Source: a virus. Taken from it: a DNA stretch of 64,000 nucleotides. The DNA is taken from IMG/VR virus record IMGVR_UViG_3300021478_000015, positions 92,984 to 156,983 of that record. One strand, written 5' to 3'. Below, one piece after another: positions 26,652 through 37,065 of the stretch (position 1 is the first letter of the stretch; the number at the start of each line of letters is the position of its first letter). The notes under the pieces were generated by a model that had not been told where the DNA came from, did not search any database, and saw only the letters and a list, made by a program, of their open reading frames with translations. Both the position numbers and the translations under genes were made by a program.

Positions 26652-27244
26652 TGTCGCTCATTCCCACCTACGCCCCTCCGGACAACCTTCCGGCTCCGCT
26701 CACATACGGCGGCATCCAGTCGTACACCGACATCTACGGCGACGTGTGGGTGGCCCTGGTCGGGGTCAATGGAGGAGCCTGGAGACGAGCCAAGGATGTC
26801 CTCTTCAGCCACGTCTATCGCGTCGCTGCTCTGAACTTGACGGCTGGCGGTGCCACCACGCTTATGGATGGCACGATCTCGGACAACTATAGTCTGTACA
26901 ATCCCGGCTTCCAAAGCGGAGTGGGTGCCTACATCATCCCGGTAGCAGGCTGGTACGAAGCTGTCCATCAAGTGGGAGGCACTGCCACTGCGGTCGGTCA
27001 GCAGATGGATGCTCGCATCTATAACAACGGTGTTTTGATGAGCGTGGCCAGGGTGCATACCACGCTGGCCACCAGTTTCTCAGCCATAACAACGTACTTG
27101 GGCCTCTGCAATGTCAATGACTACGTGCAGCCTTGGGACTACTGCAGCGCCACCATAGCGGCCATTGTGGGCTCGGGTACCCCGCCGAGCTTCGGTCCAG
27201 GGTACTGGACCTATTCCATCCTTCGATACCGGGGGACGGGCTGA
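26651..27244 (+). CDS. C1q-like module protein (array member 2)
   Basis: TGATG coupling; shared N-terminal motif; ends YRGTG. Confidence 0.8.
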   Translation: MSLIPTYAPPDNLPAPLTYGGIQSYTDIYGDVWVALVGVNGGAWRRAKDVLFSHVYRVAALNLTAGGATTLMDGTISDNYSLYNPGFQSGVGAYIIPVAGWYEAVHQVGGTATAVGQQMDARIYNNGVLMSVARVHTTLATSFSAITTYLGLCNVNDYVQPWDYCSATIAAIVGSGTPPSFGPGYWTYSILRYRGTG

Positions 27245-27810
27245 TGAGCCTAATCCCCACTTACGCTATCCCCGACAGTCTTCCGCCTCCGGTTATCTCT
27301 GGTACCACCGTGCAGTCATTCACCGACGTGTGGGGCGATGTGTGGATAGCCAAGAACGGGGTCTATGGAGGAGCTTGGAAACGGGCGCGGGACACCCTCT
27401 ACGGCAAGTGGTATCGCAATGCTGCCTTCACGTTGCCAGCGGGGCAGGCCGCGGTCCCACTTGATAGCACTACCCGAGATCCCTACAGCATGTACACCAA
27501 TCCTGCCGGTAGTGCTGCGTATCCGCCTATTTCAGGTCTGTATGACATTCTCTGGCAGGTTACGGCTAATGCTACTGCTAGCGGTCAGTGGGTACAACCT
27601 CGGTTTTTCATCAATGGTATGCTGATGGGTGTTTCTCAGTCTTATGCCTCTTCGGTTAACGCCTTTAGCAGTGTCATAAGCCAGCAGTTTGTTCTCCATG
27701 TGGGAGATTACATACAGTTCTACGACAACGCTAGTACTGCGTTGGCAGCAGGAGTAGGCGCTCCGGGTTACTGGACTTACGCCACCGTCGAGTACTACGG
27801 AACGGGGTGA
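27244..27810 (+). CDS. C1q-like module protein (array member 3)
   Basis: TGATG coupling; shared motif; ends YYGTG. Confidence 0.8.
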   Translation: MSLIPTYAIPDSLPPPVISGTTVQSFTDVWGDVWIAKNGVYGGAWKRARDTLYGKWYRNAAFTLPAGQAAVPLDSTTRDPYSMYTNPAGSAAYPPISGLYDILWQVTANATASGQWVQPRFFINGMLMGVSQSYASSVNAFSSVISQQFVLHVGDYIQFYDNASTALAAGVGAPGYWTYATVEYYGTG

Positions 27811-27814
27811 TGTC

Positions 27815-28363
27815 ATGAGCCTTGTTCCTGCCTATGCCATTCCTGATAATCTTCCGGCTCCCGTTACCTCGGGTGCCACCATCCAATCGTTCACCGATGT
27901 TTGGGGTGACGTATGGGTGGCCAAGAACGGTGTCAATGGTGGGAGATGGAAACGGGCACGCGACGCCATCTACGCCAAGTGGTTTCGTAATGCGGCCATT
28001 TCCATTGCTGGTGCCGCTGTTCTTACGCTGGATACTATGACCAAGGACGACTATGGCCTCTACTCTGCGGCGGCGTTCACCGTACCGGTAGCAGGCTGGT
28101 ACGATGTCGTCTTTCAGCTAGCCGTCACGGCCACCGCTACGGGACAATGGTGTTCGGCTCGCATCAACGTCAACGCGGCCTTGCAAGGGATTATGCGAGC
28201 GCATTCTGGTGCGGCGGCCGCCATCTCGGCCACCTGCATCCAGCAGCTTGCTTTCAACGCTGGAGACACCGTGAACGCGGTGGCTGAGGCCAGCGTTTCA
28301 TTGGCTTGTACGCCGTTGGTTTACTGGACCTACGCCACCTTGCAGTATCGGGGGACGGGCTGA
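27815..28363 (+). CDS. C1q-like module protein (array member 4)
   Basis: shared motif; FTVPVAGWY; ends YRGTG. Confidence 0.8.
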   Translation: MSLVPAYAIPDNLPAPVTSGATIQSFTDVWGDVWVAKNGVNGGRWKRARDAIYAKWFRNAAISIAGAAVLTLDTMTKDDYGLYSAAAFTVPVAGWYDVVFQLAVTATATGQWCSARINVNAALQGIMRAHSGAAAAISATCIQQLAFNAGDTVNAVAEASVSLACTPLVYWTYATLQYRGTG

Positions 28364-28932
28364 TGACCATCCAGACCTACGCCCTCATCGATAACCTGCC
28401 GCCGCCGGTCACCTCGGGATCGGGCATCCAGAGCTTTACCGACGCCATGACCGGCGAGGTTTGGATCGCCAAGAACGGTGTCTACGGTGGAGCTTGGCGC
28501 AAGGCCCGAGATGTGGTGCATTTCCATACCTACCGTGCTGCTGCCTACAACTTGCCCACCGCGTCGGCTGTTATCGTTTTCGATACCCCTTGGCATGACA
28601 CCTGGGGATTTTCTGCTGGATCTAACTACCAGTTTACGGCCTGGATCCCAGGCTTTTATCGTGTCTTTTCCTACCTGGAAGTCTCGGTAGCGGCAGCGGG
28701 TACTTATATCCAGATGAACCTCATGCAGAACAACGCCACCAACTGGTCCAGCGACAACTATTTCACCAGCCGTGCCTCCGGTGGTCTGTGTGCCCGGACT
28801 CAAGCGCTTATGTATTTAAGCATAGGAGATCTTGTCAACCTCCATGCTTACCAGCCACAGGGTTACCCATGCATCGTCAGTGGGAGTCCTCCTCCCTGTC
28901 ATCTTGAAGTCAGTTATCTGGGTACCGGATGA
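28363..28932 (+). CDS. C1q-like module protein (array member 5)
   Basis: TGATG coupling; shared motif; ends YLGTG. Confidence 0.8.
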   Translation: MTIQTYALIDNLPPPVTSGSGIQSFTDAMTGEVWIAKNGVYGGAWRKARDVVHFHTYRAAAYNLPTASAVIVFDTPWHDTWGFSAGSNYQFTAWIPGFYRVFSYLEVSVAAAGTYIQMNLMQNNATNWSSDNYFTSRASGGLCARTQALMYLSIGDLVNLHAYQPQGYPCIVSGSPPPCHLEVSYLGTG

Positions 28933-29534
28933 CCATCCAGGCTTATACCGGCGCTGAACTCAACATCCTGCCACCCCCGGTGACCACGGGTGGCATCCAG
29001 AGCTTCCTGGACCTCTACAGAGAGCTTTGGATAGCAAAACCTGGCGTTAACGGAGGCAACTGGAGGAAGGCTCGCGATGTCCTCCACGCCTCGGTGTACC
29101 GTAATGCGGCTCTTGTTGCTCCCACGGCTAACTCCGTTTTTCCGGCTGACACCGTTATTCGTGACCCGTATGGCATCTGGGTTGGCAGCCCCACCTACGC
29201 GTTTGTGTTGCCAGTGGCGGGCAGTGTTTCAGGTGCGGTATACCCGGCCAGTTGGTGGCGCTTCGCCTTCCACTGGGTCTTGCAATCAGCGACCAGCCCC
29301 AACTATGTCGGCTGCCAGATCTTCCAGAACGGTTCGGGCGTCACCCAGGACAACATGATCATGAATCAAACCTCAGCCGGTAACTGTTCGGCCCGGACGC
29401 AGTACATGGGTCTTGGCTCGGCTAATGACACGTTTCAAGCGTATTATTCGTCCAGTGTTGCCAGCTTGAATGTCTATACTGGTCCGTCTATAAATACCTT
29501 CTCCTGCGCCTTCATGGGATTGTTCTTCGGATGA
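28929..29534 (+). CDS. C1q-like module protein (array member 6)
   Basis: ATGA coupling; shared motif. Confidence 0.8.
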   Translation: MTIQAYTGAELNILPPPVTTGGIQSFLDLYRELWIAKPGVNGGNWRKARDVLHASVYRNAALVAPTANSVFPADTVIRDPYGIWVGSPTYAFVLPVAGSVSGAVYPASWWRFAFHWVLQSATSPNYVGCQIFQNGSGVTQDNMIMNQTSAGNCSARTQYMGLGSANDTFQAYYSSSVASLNVYTGPSINTFSCAFMGLFFG

Positions 29535-30091
29535 GCATTAACACGGGTGTTCCCGTCAATGGTTTCCCTCCTCCTTGGACGGCCTCGAACGTTGTTCAGT
29601 CTTACGTCGATCCATGGGGCGAAGTATGGGTGGCTAGAAGCAGTGTGGCCGGTGGCCAGTGGGGCAGAGCGCGTGATTGGCTACACGCTGTCATATATCG
29701 CAACGCCGCTTACACCATGCCCACGTCACAGACCGTTATTCCCTATGACACTCAACTGGCTGACAACTTTGGTCTGTACACTGTCTCTCCCACTTACGGT
29801 TTCACCGTTCCGATAGCAGGCTGGTATTGGGTCCAGGCCACCTGTAATGGCAACTGCAATGCCACCGGGCAGTACATCCAGGGCAGTATCTTTCAAAACA
29901 GCACCGGTATCACCAATGAGAACAGCATCACTTCTCTTACTGGCGGCGGGTTGTCCTGGCGCACCTGGAATGATGTGTTTTGTGCAGCCGGGGACAAGAT
30001 CAACGCGCAGGCTTACAACCCCACTGGATTGGCGGCCCAGGTGGGTCAGTCGAATACTCGACTAGAGATCTCATACATCGGTACTGGCTAG
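29531..30091 (+). CDS. C1q-like module protein (array member 7)
   Basis: ATGA coupling; FTVPIAGWY; ends YIGTG. Confidence 0.8.
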   Translation: MSINTGVPVNGFPPPWTASNVVQSYVDPWGEVWVARSSVAGGQWGRARDWLHAVIYRNAAYTMPTSQTVIPYDTQLADNFGLYTVSPTYGFTVPIAGWYWVQATCNGNCNATGQYIQGSIFQNSTGITNENSITSLTGGGLSWRTWNDVFCAAGDKINAQAYNPTGLAAQVGQSNTRLEISYIGTG

Positions 30092-30099
30092 GAGAGCCC

Positions 30100-30441
30100 A
30101 TGAGCTACCAGACCCAAGCCCTGCTCAACGAGGACTCGGATTTCACCGGGCGGCGTTGTCGCTCCTGCCTGTTTCAGAAGGCGTCGGAGGTCTATCAGGA
30201 GGCCGGATCGGCCTCCGATGTCCAGGCCCTGTCCAGCGCCTTGCTGAAGGACGACCCGGCTCCTCTGAGCGCCTTCCTGCGGGCCATTTGTGCCGCTCCG
30301 GGATTTGCCGACATGGTGGACAACGGGGATGGCACCATCGACCAGTCCAAGATCTCCGACGAGGATCTCCTGGCCGCGGTGACCGAGCTTTATCCCGTCA
30401 TCGCCACGTTGTTCTTCACCAGCGATGGCACTCCGGTCTGA
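30100..30441 (+). CDS. small helical protein following the fibre array (chaperone-like)
   Basis: AGGAG RBS before ATG 30100; ISDEDLLAAV motif. Confidence 0.6.
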   Translation: MSYQTQALLNEDSDFTGRRCRSCLFQKASEVYQEAGSASDVQALSSALLKDDPAPLSAFLRAICAAPGFADMVDNGDGTIDQSKISDEDLLAAVTELYPVIATLFFTSDGTPV

Positions 30442-30466
30442 TCGAATGTAGGTGGTGATTTAGCTC

Positions 30467-33400
30467 ATGCCTGGCGGCCGTGTTTACAGCCTCACCTTCA
30501 ATCGTAACTACGGCCCGCCGGTAGACGTTGGGATAGCCCCTTTAGCGGCCTCGGCCGGGATGACCATCGGGGCCACCGTCACCGAGATCGCAGCGGTGGC
30601 CATGGCGGGTTCGGCGGCCCTGCAGGTGGCCAGTACCACGCTGGTCGCAGGCAGCAAGATGGCCACGCTCACCGACGCCTTCACCACGGCCGGAGCCCCC
30701 GATTCCACCAAGTGGTTGCCCTACGCCAGTGCCGGGGTCACGGTGGCCAACTCGGGCGGAGCGTTGAGCGTCAGCCTGCCCGCCAATGCCGCCATAGGCG
30801 TCGGCGGGGGGATCTACTCCGGCACCGCGGCCCAGCCCAACGGGAGCTACTACGACCTGACCGAGAGCTACGCCCTGTTCCAGATGACCAGCGCCGGGAA
30901 CCAGGCTGACACCACCCATCAGGCCCTGGTCACCTTCATGCTCTACGACCAGGACGGCAACGACTTTGGCTGGGCCGTCCAGGGCAACCAGATCTTCTGG
31001 CTGGACCAGGACGGCGTCCATCAGAATCCCCAGCCCTACAACGCCGCCACCTATCAGTGGTTGCGGATCCGCGAGCACGCCGGGACCACCTATTTCGACT
31101 ACAGCGCGAACGGCAACATCTGGTCGAACTTCGCCGCCGTCCCGGACAGCACCTGGATCTATCCACCCCGGTACCTGCAGCCCACCTTTCAGTTCGACTC
31201 GCAGGCGGGCTCGGGGCTGGTGGCCCAGAGCGCCACCTTCGACAACTTCAACCTGCCTCCGGCCGCGGCCGTGCCTATGTCAGGGACCGCCGGGATGACC
31301 ATCGGTGGGGCCGTCACCAAGGTGGCGGCGACCTCCTTGGCCGCTACTGCCGGGATGACCGTAACCCCGGCGACGGCGACCGTAACGGCCTCCGTCTTTG
31401 CTCCCACCCATCTGCTGACCGCCGCCGATGCGGACTTCGAGACCGGCGTGGGCTCCTGGGCTCCCCTCCAATACTGCAATGTGGCCCAGACCACGGCCGT
31501 GGCCCATACCGGCTCGGGAGCGCTGGCCATCACCTCGACAACGGCCACCTCGGGGCTCACCGCTTGGCCGACGCGCTACGCCGTTACCCCCGGCCAGATC
31601 TACAAGGCCAGCTTCTGGGCCATGGCCGCCACCAACGCCCGCAACGTGCAATGCCAACTGGTCTTCTACGACGCCAGTCTGGCGGTGATCGCAGGCTCGG
31701 GCGGCACCGCCACCATGGGCGATCAGGTGGGCTCCTGGAATCAGTTCGGGGCTCCACCGATAGCGGTCGCTCCACCCAACGCGGTCTATGCCGCGGTGCT
31801 GTTTGTTGGCTTCGGGGCGATTCCCGTCAACGAAGTCCACTACATCGACACCGTCACCCTTGATCAGCAACCGGGGGGTGTGGCCGCTCTGACGGTCGGG
31901 GCCATCGACATCACGGGTTCTCCCGATCTGCTATCGGCGGAGTCGTCTGGGTTCGAGGGCGGCACCACCGGTAACTGGAGTGGCACCGGGGGGCTGACGC
32001 TCACCAACATCACCTCGCAGGCCCATTCGGGCACTCACGCCCTGCAGATCTCCGCCACTCAGCCTGTCGGGACGGTCCAGGCCAAGCAGTCCACAACCAT
32101 CCCGGTGACCCCTGGCTCGGCCTATGTCTTCAGCGGCTGGGCCATGGCCGGTTCGGCTTCGCTCACATCCGCCTTTTTACAGATCTCTTGGCTGACGGCG
32201 GCTCAGGCTCCGATCAGTACGACCAACGGAGTATCCACGCCGATCTCGACCTCGGCATGGGCATATCTGACCGTTAGTGATGTCGCTCCACCTACCGCGG
32301 CCTATGCTCAAATACAGATCAACTGGCCGGTCACATCCGCCAATCTACCGATTTACTGGGATGACTTTAGCTTCGCCTCGGTACTGGTCAGCATGGGCGC
32401 AGTCAATGTGCTGGCCACCGACGACTCGACCTTCGAGGGCGGCACCGCTGGATCCTGGATCAATGTGTCCGGTACCACCGTGGCTAATACTACCGCGGTG
32501 GCCTCAAGTGGTACTCATGCTCTTGCTATCACCGCCACCGGTACCGGGGGTGGCCAGATTTCGACATCACATACGCTTTATCCAGCCATTGCTGGGGTTA
32601 GTTACACGGCCAGTTTGGATTCTCAGGCGGCGACGATTCCTCGGGTTGTTTCTTGTATATTGAACTTCTACAACAATGCGGGAGGTTTTCTAGGTTCTTA
32701 TACCAGTCCGCAACTCCCAGATAATACCTGGGTCAGGGTAACCGTATCGGGTGTTGCTCTGGCGAATACTGCCTATGTGGGAGTAGGTTGGAATAATAAC
32801 AACAATGTCAGTGTCAATGGCGAAGTCCATTACATCGACAATGTCAGCCTTTATCAGACGGCTGGTGCGCTAGCCAAACTGAGCATAACGCCAACGGTCA
32901 AAGAGGTCGCCACTGTTGCTCAGTCGGGCACGGCGGGGTTGAGCATCGATACCTCGGTCACCGAAGTGGCTACGGCTCCTCTGAGCGCCAATGCCAGTCT
33001 GGCGGTGAGTGGTGCTCAGGTCACCGAAGTGGCCGCGGCTCCATTGGCCGCTTCGGCAGGCATGTTCGTGGCCACCACCGGCCTGCAGGTGGCCAGCATC
33101 ACCCTGGCCGGAGGCGCAACGCTCAACATCAGTGGCCTCTTGACCGAGACCGCCAGCGTGGCCGAGGCGGCCAACGCCAGCATGGTCGTCACCGTCGCCT
33201 CCAAGACCATCACCGGCACCCCCATCCTGGGCTTGGCCCTCAACGTGCTGGTGGGCGACGACTCCTCCTTCGAGAGCGGCAGCACCGGCACCTGGCAAGG
33301 CCAGAACACCACCGTGGCCAACACCACTGCCGTGGCCCAGAGCGGCACCCACTCCCTGGCCATCACCGCCACCACCACCTCGGGGGGCTCGGCCTCCACG

Positions 33401-36118
33401 GCCTGGAACCTCTACCCGGCTATCGCGGGCAATACCTACGCCGCCAACCTGGGCTCGCTGGCGGCCACCACGCCCCGCAGCTTCATGGTCCAGATCGTTT
33501 TCTTCGACGCTGGATCGAACGTGGTGGGCTCACTCAACGGGGTACCCGCCACCAATCAGACCGGCTCTACCTGGACCATCGCCTCCGCCCAGGGAGTGGC
33601 TCCAGCGGGCTCGGTCTGGATGGCGGTCTACTGGCGCAACAACACGGGCGTGAGCGCCATAGGCGAGGTTCACTACATCGACCTCGTCGTCCTGAAGCAG
33701 AACTTCGGGGCGGTGGCCGGACTCAGCATCGGCACCCCGGTCATCTCCAGGACCGCCTCCGTCCCTCTGGCCGCCACCACGGGCATGGCCATTGGAGGCA
33801 AGGTCTCCGAGGTTGCATCCGTCCCTCTGGTCGGGAGCGCAGCCCTCACGGTCATACCCGTATGGCCGAAGGTGGAGGTGCTGAGGGATGCCTTCAATGT
33901 GAATGGCCCACCAGATCCGACCAAGTGGGTCATGTATGCCCCGTCTGGTCCGGATCCCGCGGCTGGTGGCGCTGATATTCCCACCGTGGTCAACCAGCAA
34001 GTGCAGTGGACGACCGGTGGTTATTACACGGGATTAGCTTCGGCCCAACCATACACCTTGATCGAGAGTCACATACTCTTCAATCTGGTCAACGCTGGAG
34101 ACCAAAGTGTTAGCAGTGACTTGGAACTCTATTTGATGATGACCAACCGGGTACACAATCCGACCCTCTACAACGAGATTAACTGGTACATCAACGAAGG
34201 GAAGATCTACTCCAGCGTCTATGTCAACAACAACCAAGTACCCTGCGGTCCACCAGGAGGCGTCACCTTCGATCCGGTGGCGCATGCCTGGTTACGGTTT
34301 CGGGAGACGGGCGGCACGATCTACTTTGACACCTCGGCGGATGGGCTTGTCTGGACCAACTTCGCCAGCACTCCTGACATACCTGAGGTAGCCCAACTCA
34401 ACCTACTTCTCCAAGCCGGTACCTGGAGCTATCCCTCAACCCATAACGCGGTTGTCGCCTTTGACAACGTCAATAATCCACCTCCAGTTCTCGGTGGAGT
34501 ACAGCAGTCGGCTACCTCGGGCCTGAGCATGACCGTTCAGAGCACCTTCTTGGCCTCGATGGATCTGGAGGCCGATGCCTACCTGAACGTCAAGTTCAAG
34601 GCCAATACTCTCCAGGACAACTTCAACAGCGGAGTGCTTGATCCAAACAAGTGGTGGTTTGATGACGTAAGCGACGGCTATGGCGGCAAGGTCCAGATCG
34701 TCAATGGACAGGTCAACATCTCCACTGATCTCACCGCCTCGTATCCTGACCTGGAGGCCATGGGTGGTTACGATCTCACCGAGTCGAATATCACGCTTGA
34801 ACTGGCCAGCGCCGGTAATCAGAACCTGGCCTCATTGCAAGTGTGGATCATCGATGCCGGAGCAGGATGGTTCCTGCAGAACAATACTCTTACGGCTTAT
34901 CTGGGCAATGTAACCGAAGTTGGTAATCCGCCTTACGGTCCTCGTTGGACTGGTGCTTACAATCCGGCTGTCCATAAGTGGTTTCGGGTGCGAGAAACGA
35001 GTGGCACGCTCTATTGGGACTACTCACCGGACGGCTTGGCCTGGACGAACGCCTGGAGTCAGGCCACTCCTGCTCCCACCGACCTGGATATGACCAATGT
35101 CTATCCCTCCATGCTGGTGAACACCGGGGCCGAGGCCTCGACCACCACGGTCATCTGGGACAACTACAACACCCTCCCGGTGGTCAGCGCGGCCGCCGTG
35201 GTGATGTCCGCCAGCGCGGCCATGACCACGGGGACCGCCACCATCTCCAGGACGGCCTCGGTCCCCCTGGCGGCCAGCGCTGGGATGACCATCGGGGCCT
35301 CGATCACCCAGCTTGCCAACGTGGTTTTGGCCGGTGGGGCCACCCTCAATGTCTCGGCCCTGGTCACCGAGGTGGCTGCGGTGCCCATGGCGGCCACGGG
35401 CAGCCTGAGCGCGGCTGGGATCATCACCAAGCTGGGCACAGTCTCCTTGACGGCCACCGCCGGATTGACGGTGGCGGCTGCGGTCACCGAGCAGGCCACT
35501 GTGGCCATGGCGGCCACCACCGGGATGGTGACCTCCACCGCCATCATCGGGTTTGTCATCTGGTCAGGCTCCACCACCCTAACGGTGGGGGCGCAGGTCA
35601 CCGAGCTAGCTGCGGTGCCCCTGGTGGCCTCTGCCGCCCTGAACGTGACGGTGGTGGTCCAACAGGTCGGTCTGGTCTCCATGACCGCCAGCGCCGCTCT
35701 CAGCGTGACCGGGATATTCCTGGTCCAGTTTGGGACCATTTCTCTGTCGGCCACGGCCGGTCTCATCGTGGGTCCCACCGTCAAAGAGATCGCCTCGGTC
35801 ATCCTGTCGGCTCAGGCCGGTCTCACCACCACTGGCATCGCGGTAGAGATCGCCTTTGTCTCCATGACCGCTCAGGCCGGTCTGGTCTTGACTGGCGTGA
35901 CCACCGAGATCGCGGCCATCGCCTTCTTGACGGCCACCGCCACCCTCTTCAGTGGCACCGTCGAGGAGTTCGCCTCAGTACGCCTGTCGGCCACCACCGG
36001 CATGACCGTCGTCGGTAGCGCCATCGCCATAGTCTTCGTTTTCAGGGATCTGGTTCGAGCCCAGGCGCAGCTTTATCCTTATCCTGCAGTAGGTGCCACG
36101 CCCGAGACCTCGGGCTGA
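30467..36118 (+). CDS. long fibre/adhesin protein with 3 ConA-like and 4 CBM4/9-like domains on an Ala/Thr/Val repeat shaft
   Basis: repeated (A/S)xAG(M/L)TxxxxVTExA shaft; FExGxxGxW..AHSG.HALAIT..YID domains x4; Y(D/T)L(T/I)ES..W(L/F)RxRE..GT.Y domains x3. Confidence 0.8.
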   Translation: MPGGRVYSLTFNRNYGPPVDVGIAPLAASAGMTIGATVTEIAAVAMAGSAALQVASTTLVAGSKMATLTDAFTTAGAPDSTKWLPYASAGVTVANSGGALSVSLPANAAIGVGGGIYSGTAAQPNGSYYDLTESYALFQMTSAGNQADTTHQALVTFMLYDQDGNDFGWAVQGNQIFWLDQDGVHQNPQPYNAATYQWLRIREHAGTTYFDYSANGNIWSNFAAVPDSTWIYPPRYLQPTFQFDSQAGSGLVAQSATFDNFNLPPAAAVPMSGTAGMTIGGAVTKVAATSLAATAGMTVTPATATVTASVFAPTHLLTAADADFETGVGSWAPLQYCNVAQTTAVAHTGSGALAITSTTATSGLTAWPTRYAVTPGQIYKASFWAMAATNARNVQCQLVFYDASLAVIAGSGGTATMGDQVGSWNQFGAPPIAVAPPNAVYAAVLFVGFGAIPVNEVHYIDTVTLDQQPGGVAALTVGAIDITGSPDLLSAESSGFEGGTTGNWSGTGGLTLTNITSQAHSGTHALQISATQPVGTVQAKQSTTIPVTPGSAYVFSGWAMAGSASLTSAFLQISWLTAAQAPISTTNGVSTPISTSAWAYLTVSDVAPPTAAYAQIQINWPVTSANLPIYWDDFSFASVLVSMGAVNVLATDDSTFEGGTAGSWINVSGTTVANTTAVASSGTHALAITATGTGGGQISTSHTLYPAIAGVSYTASLDSQAATIPRVVSCILNFYNNAGGFLGSYTSPQLPDNTWVRVTVSGVALANTAYVGVGWNNNNNVSVNGEVHYIDNVSLYQTAGALAKLSITPTVKEVATVAQSGTAGLSIDTSVTEVATAPLSANASLAVSGAQVTEVAAAPLAASAGMFVATTGLQVASITLAGGATLNISGLLTETASVAEAANASMVVTVASKTITGTPILGLALNVLVGDDSSFESGSTGTWQGQNTTVANTTAVAQSGTHSLAITATTTSGGSASTAWNLYPAIAGNTYAANLGSLAATTPRSFMVQIVFFDAGSNVVGSLNGVPATNQTGSTWTIASAQGVAPAGSVWMAVYWRNNTGVSAIGEVHYIDLVVLKQNFGAVAGLSIGTPVISRTASVPLAATTGMAIGGKVSEVASVPLVGSAALTVIPVWPKVEVLRDAFNVNGPPDPTKWVMYAPSGPDPAAGGADIPTVVNQQVQWTTGGYYTGLASAQPYTLIESHILFNLVNAGDQSVSSDLELYLMMTNRVHNPTLYNEINWYINEGKIYSSVYVNNNQVPCGPPGGVTFDPVAHAWLRFRETGGTIYFDTSADGLVWTNFASTPDIPEVAQLNLLLQAGTWSYPSTHNAVVAFDNVNNPPPVLGGVQQSATSGLSMTVQSTFLASMDLEADAYLNVKFKANTLQDNFNSGVLDPNKWWFDDVSDGYGGKVQIVNGQVNISTDLTASYPDLEAMGGYDLTESNITLELASAGNQNLASLQVWIIDAGAGWFLQNNTLTAYLGNVTEVGNPPYGPRWTGAYNPAVHKWFRVRETSGTLYWDYSPDGLAWTNAWSQATPAPTDLDMTNVYPSMLVNTGAEASTTTVIWDNYNTLPVVSAAAVVMSASAAMTTGTATISRTASVPLAASAGMTIGASITQLANVVLAGGATLNVSALVTEVAAVPMAATGSLSAAGIITKLGTVSLTATAGLTVAAAVTEQATVAMAATTGMVTSTAIIGFVIWSGSTTLTVGAQVTELAAVPLVASAALNVTVVVQQVGLVSMTASAALSVTGIFLVQFGTISLSATAGLIVGPTVKEIASVILSAQAGLTTTGIAVEIAFVSMTAQAGLVLTGVTTEIAAIAFLTATATLFSGTVEEFASVRLSATTGMTVVGSAIAIVFVFRDLVRAQAQLYPYPAVGATPETSG

Positions 36119-36132
36119 GTCTGGAGGCCCCC

Positions 36133-37065
36133 ATGTCCGTCCTGCCCAACCCTGCACCGGGTCCTCCTCCGGCCAACCTGGAGGACTACGTCTACGTCTC
36201 CCAGGGCGGCAACGATCAGGTGGGCATCATCATCAACATCGGCGGAGTCCCCACCGACCCCGATGGCGGCCTGGTCCTGGTGGCCATGACCCCGGACACG
36301 GCCGGGGCCGGGCCGGTCTTCTCCGGCAACGAAGCTGTGCGCCAGTACACCGGGGCTTACACCTACACCTTCCTGTCCACCGACACCGCCACCGCGGGCC
36401 ATTACCACCTGGCCTGGACCTACCAGATCCAGGGCGTCCCCGACACCTTCATGACCCCCATCGAGGTCGGCCCGTACAACCCGGCCTACGACGTGCTGCC
36501 GCCCGAGGCCAAGGCCATTGTGAATCTGGTCTGGGCCAAGTTCGAGGACATCTACGACTCCCAGTTCGGCGGCCCTCACCTGCAGAGCTACTTCCAGAGT
36601 CACTTCTCCCGCGGTCGCATGGCCCAGCTACTGCAGATCACCATCCTGCAGATCAACACCACCATGCAGCCGGTTAACAGCTACTCCATCGCCGGGCCTC
36701 TCTCCGATCCCAACGCCCCGCCCATGGGGCCAGAGTTCCCCTACCAGCAATGGTCCGGGCTGCTGGTGGCCGGGCTGTCCATCGAGACCATCAAGCACCT
36801 GATGCGCTCCTACGTGGAGGAGCCCCTGGGCGAGAACGTGACCGCGGCCCGCATGACCCGGCGGGACTACCTCGATCGCTGGGGCACCATCCTGGGCACC
36901 GAGCAGGAGGCCTACAACCAGATGCTGGAGGTGTTCAAGATTCGCCAGATGTTCACCTTGCAGCCACGGGTGCTGGTCTCGGGTGGGGTGTTCGGCAACT
37001 TTGGCCCCACTCGATTGATGGGCAACGCCGCGGCCCGGCCCCGCTACTGGACGAGGTGGTACTGA
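36133..37065 (+). CDS. head-tail adaptor (neck) protein with N-terminal Ig-like domain
   Basis: position; GHYHLAWTY Ig-like part; IKHLMRSYVE..RRDYLDRW recalled from Bxz1-type neck proteins. Confidence 0.65.
   Translation: MSVLPNPAPGPPPANLEDYVYVSQGGNDQVGIIINIGGVPTDPDGGLVLVAMTPDTAGAGPVFSGNEAVRQYTGAYTYTFLSTDTATAGHYHLAWTYQIQGVPDTFMTPIEVGPYNPAYDVLPPEAKAIVNLVWAKFEDIYDSQFGGPHLQSYFQSHFSRGRMAQLLQITILQINTTMQPVNSYSIAGPLSDPNAPPMGPEFPYQQWSGLLVAGLSIETIKHLMRSYVEEPLGENVTAARMTRRDYLDRWGTILGTEQEAYNQMLEVFKIRQMFTLQPRVLVSGGVFGNFGPTRLMGNAAARPRYWTRWY

Noticed and set aside
25038-30091. diversity-generating retroelement or shufflon explanation for the C1q-like array
   Set aside because: No reverse transcriptase or recombinase in the window; all copies are in the same orientation; no near-identical template/variable repeat pair differing only at adenines was seen.
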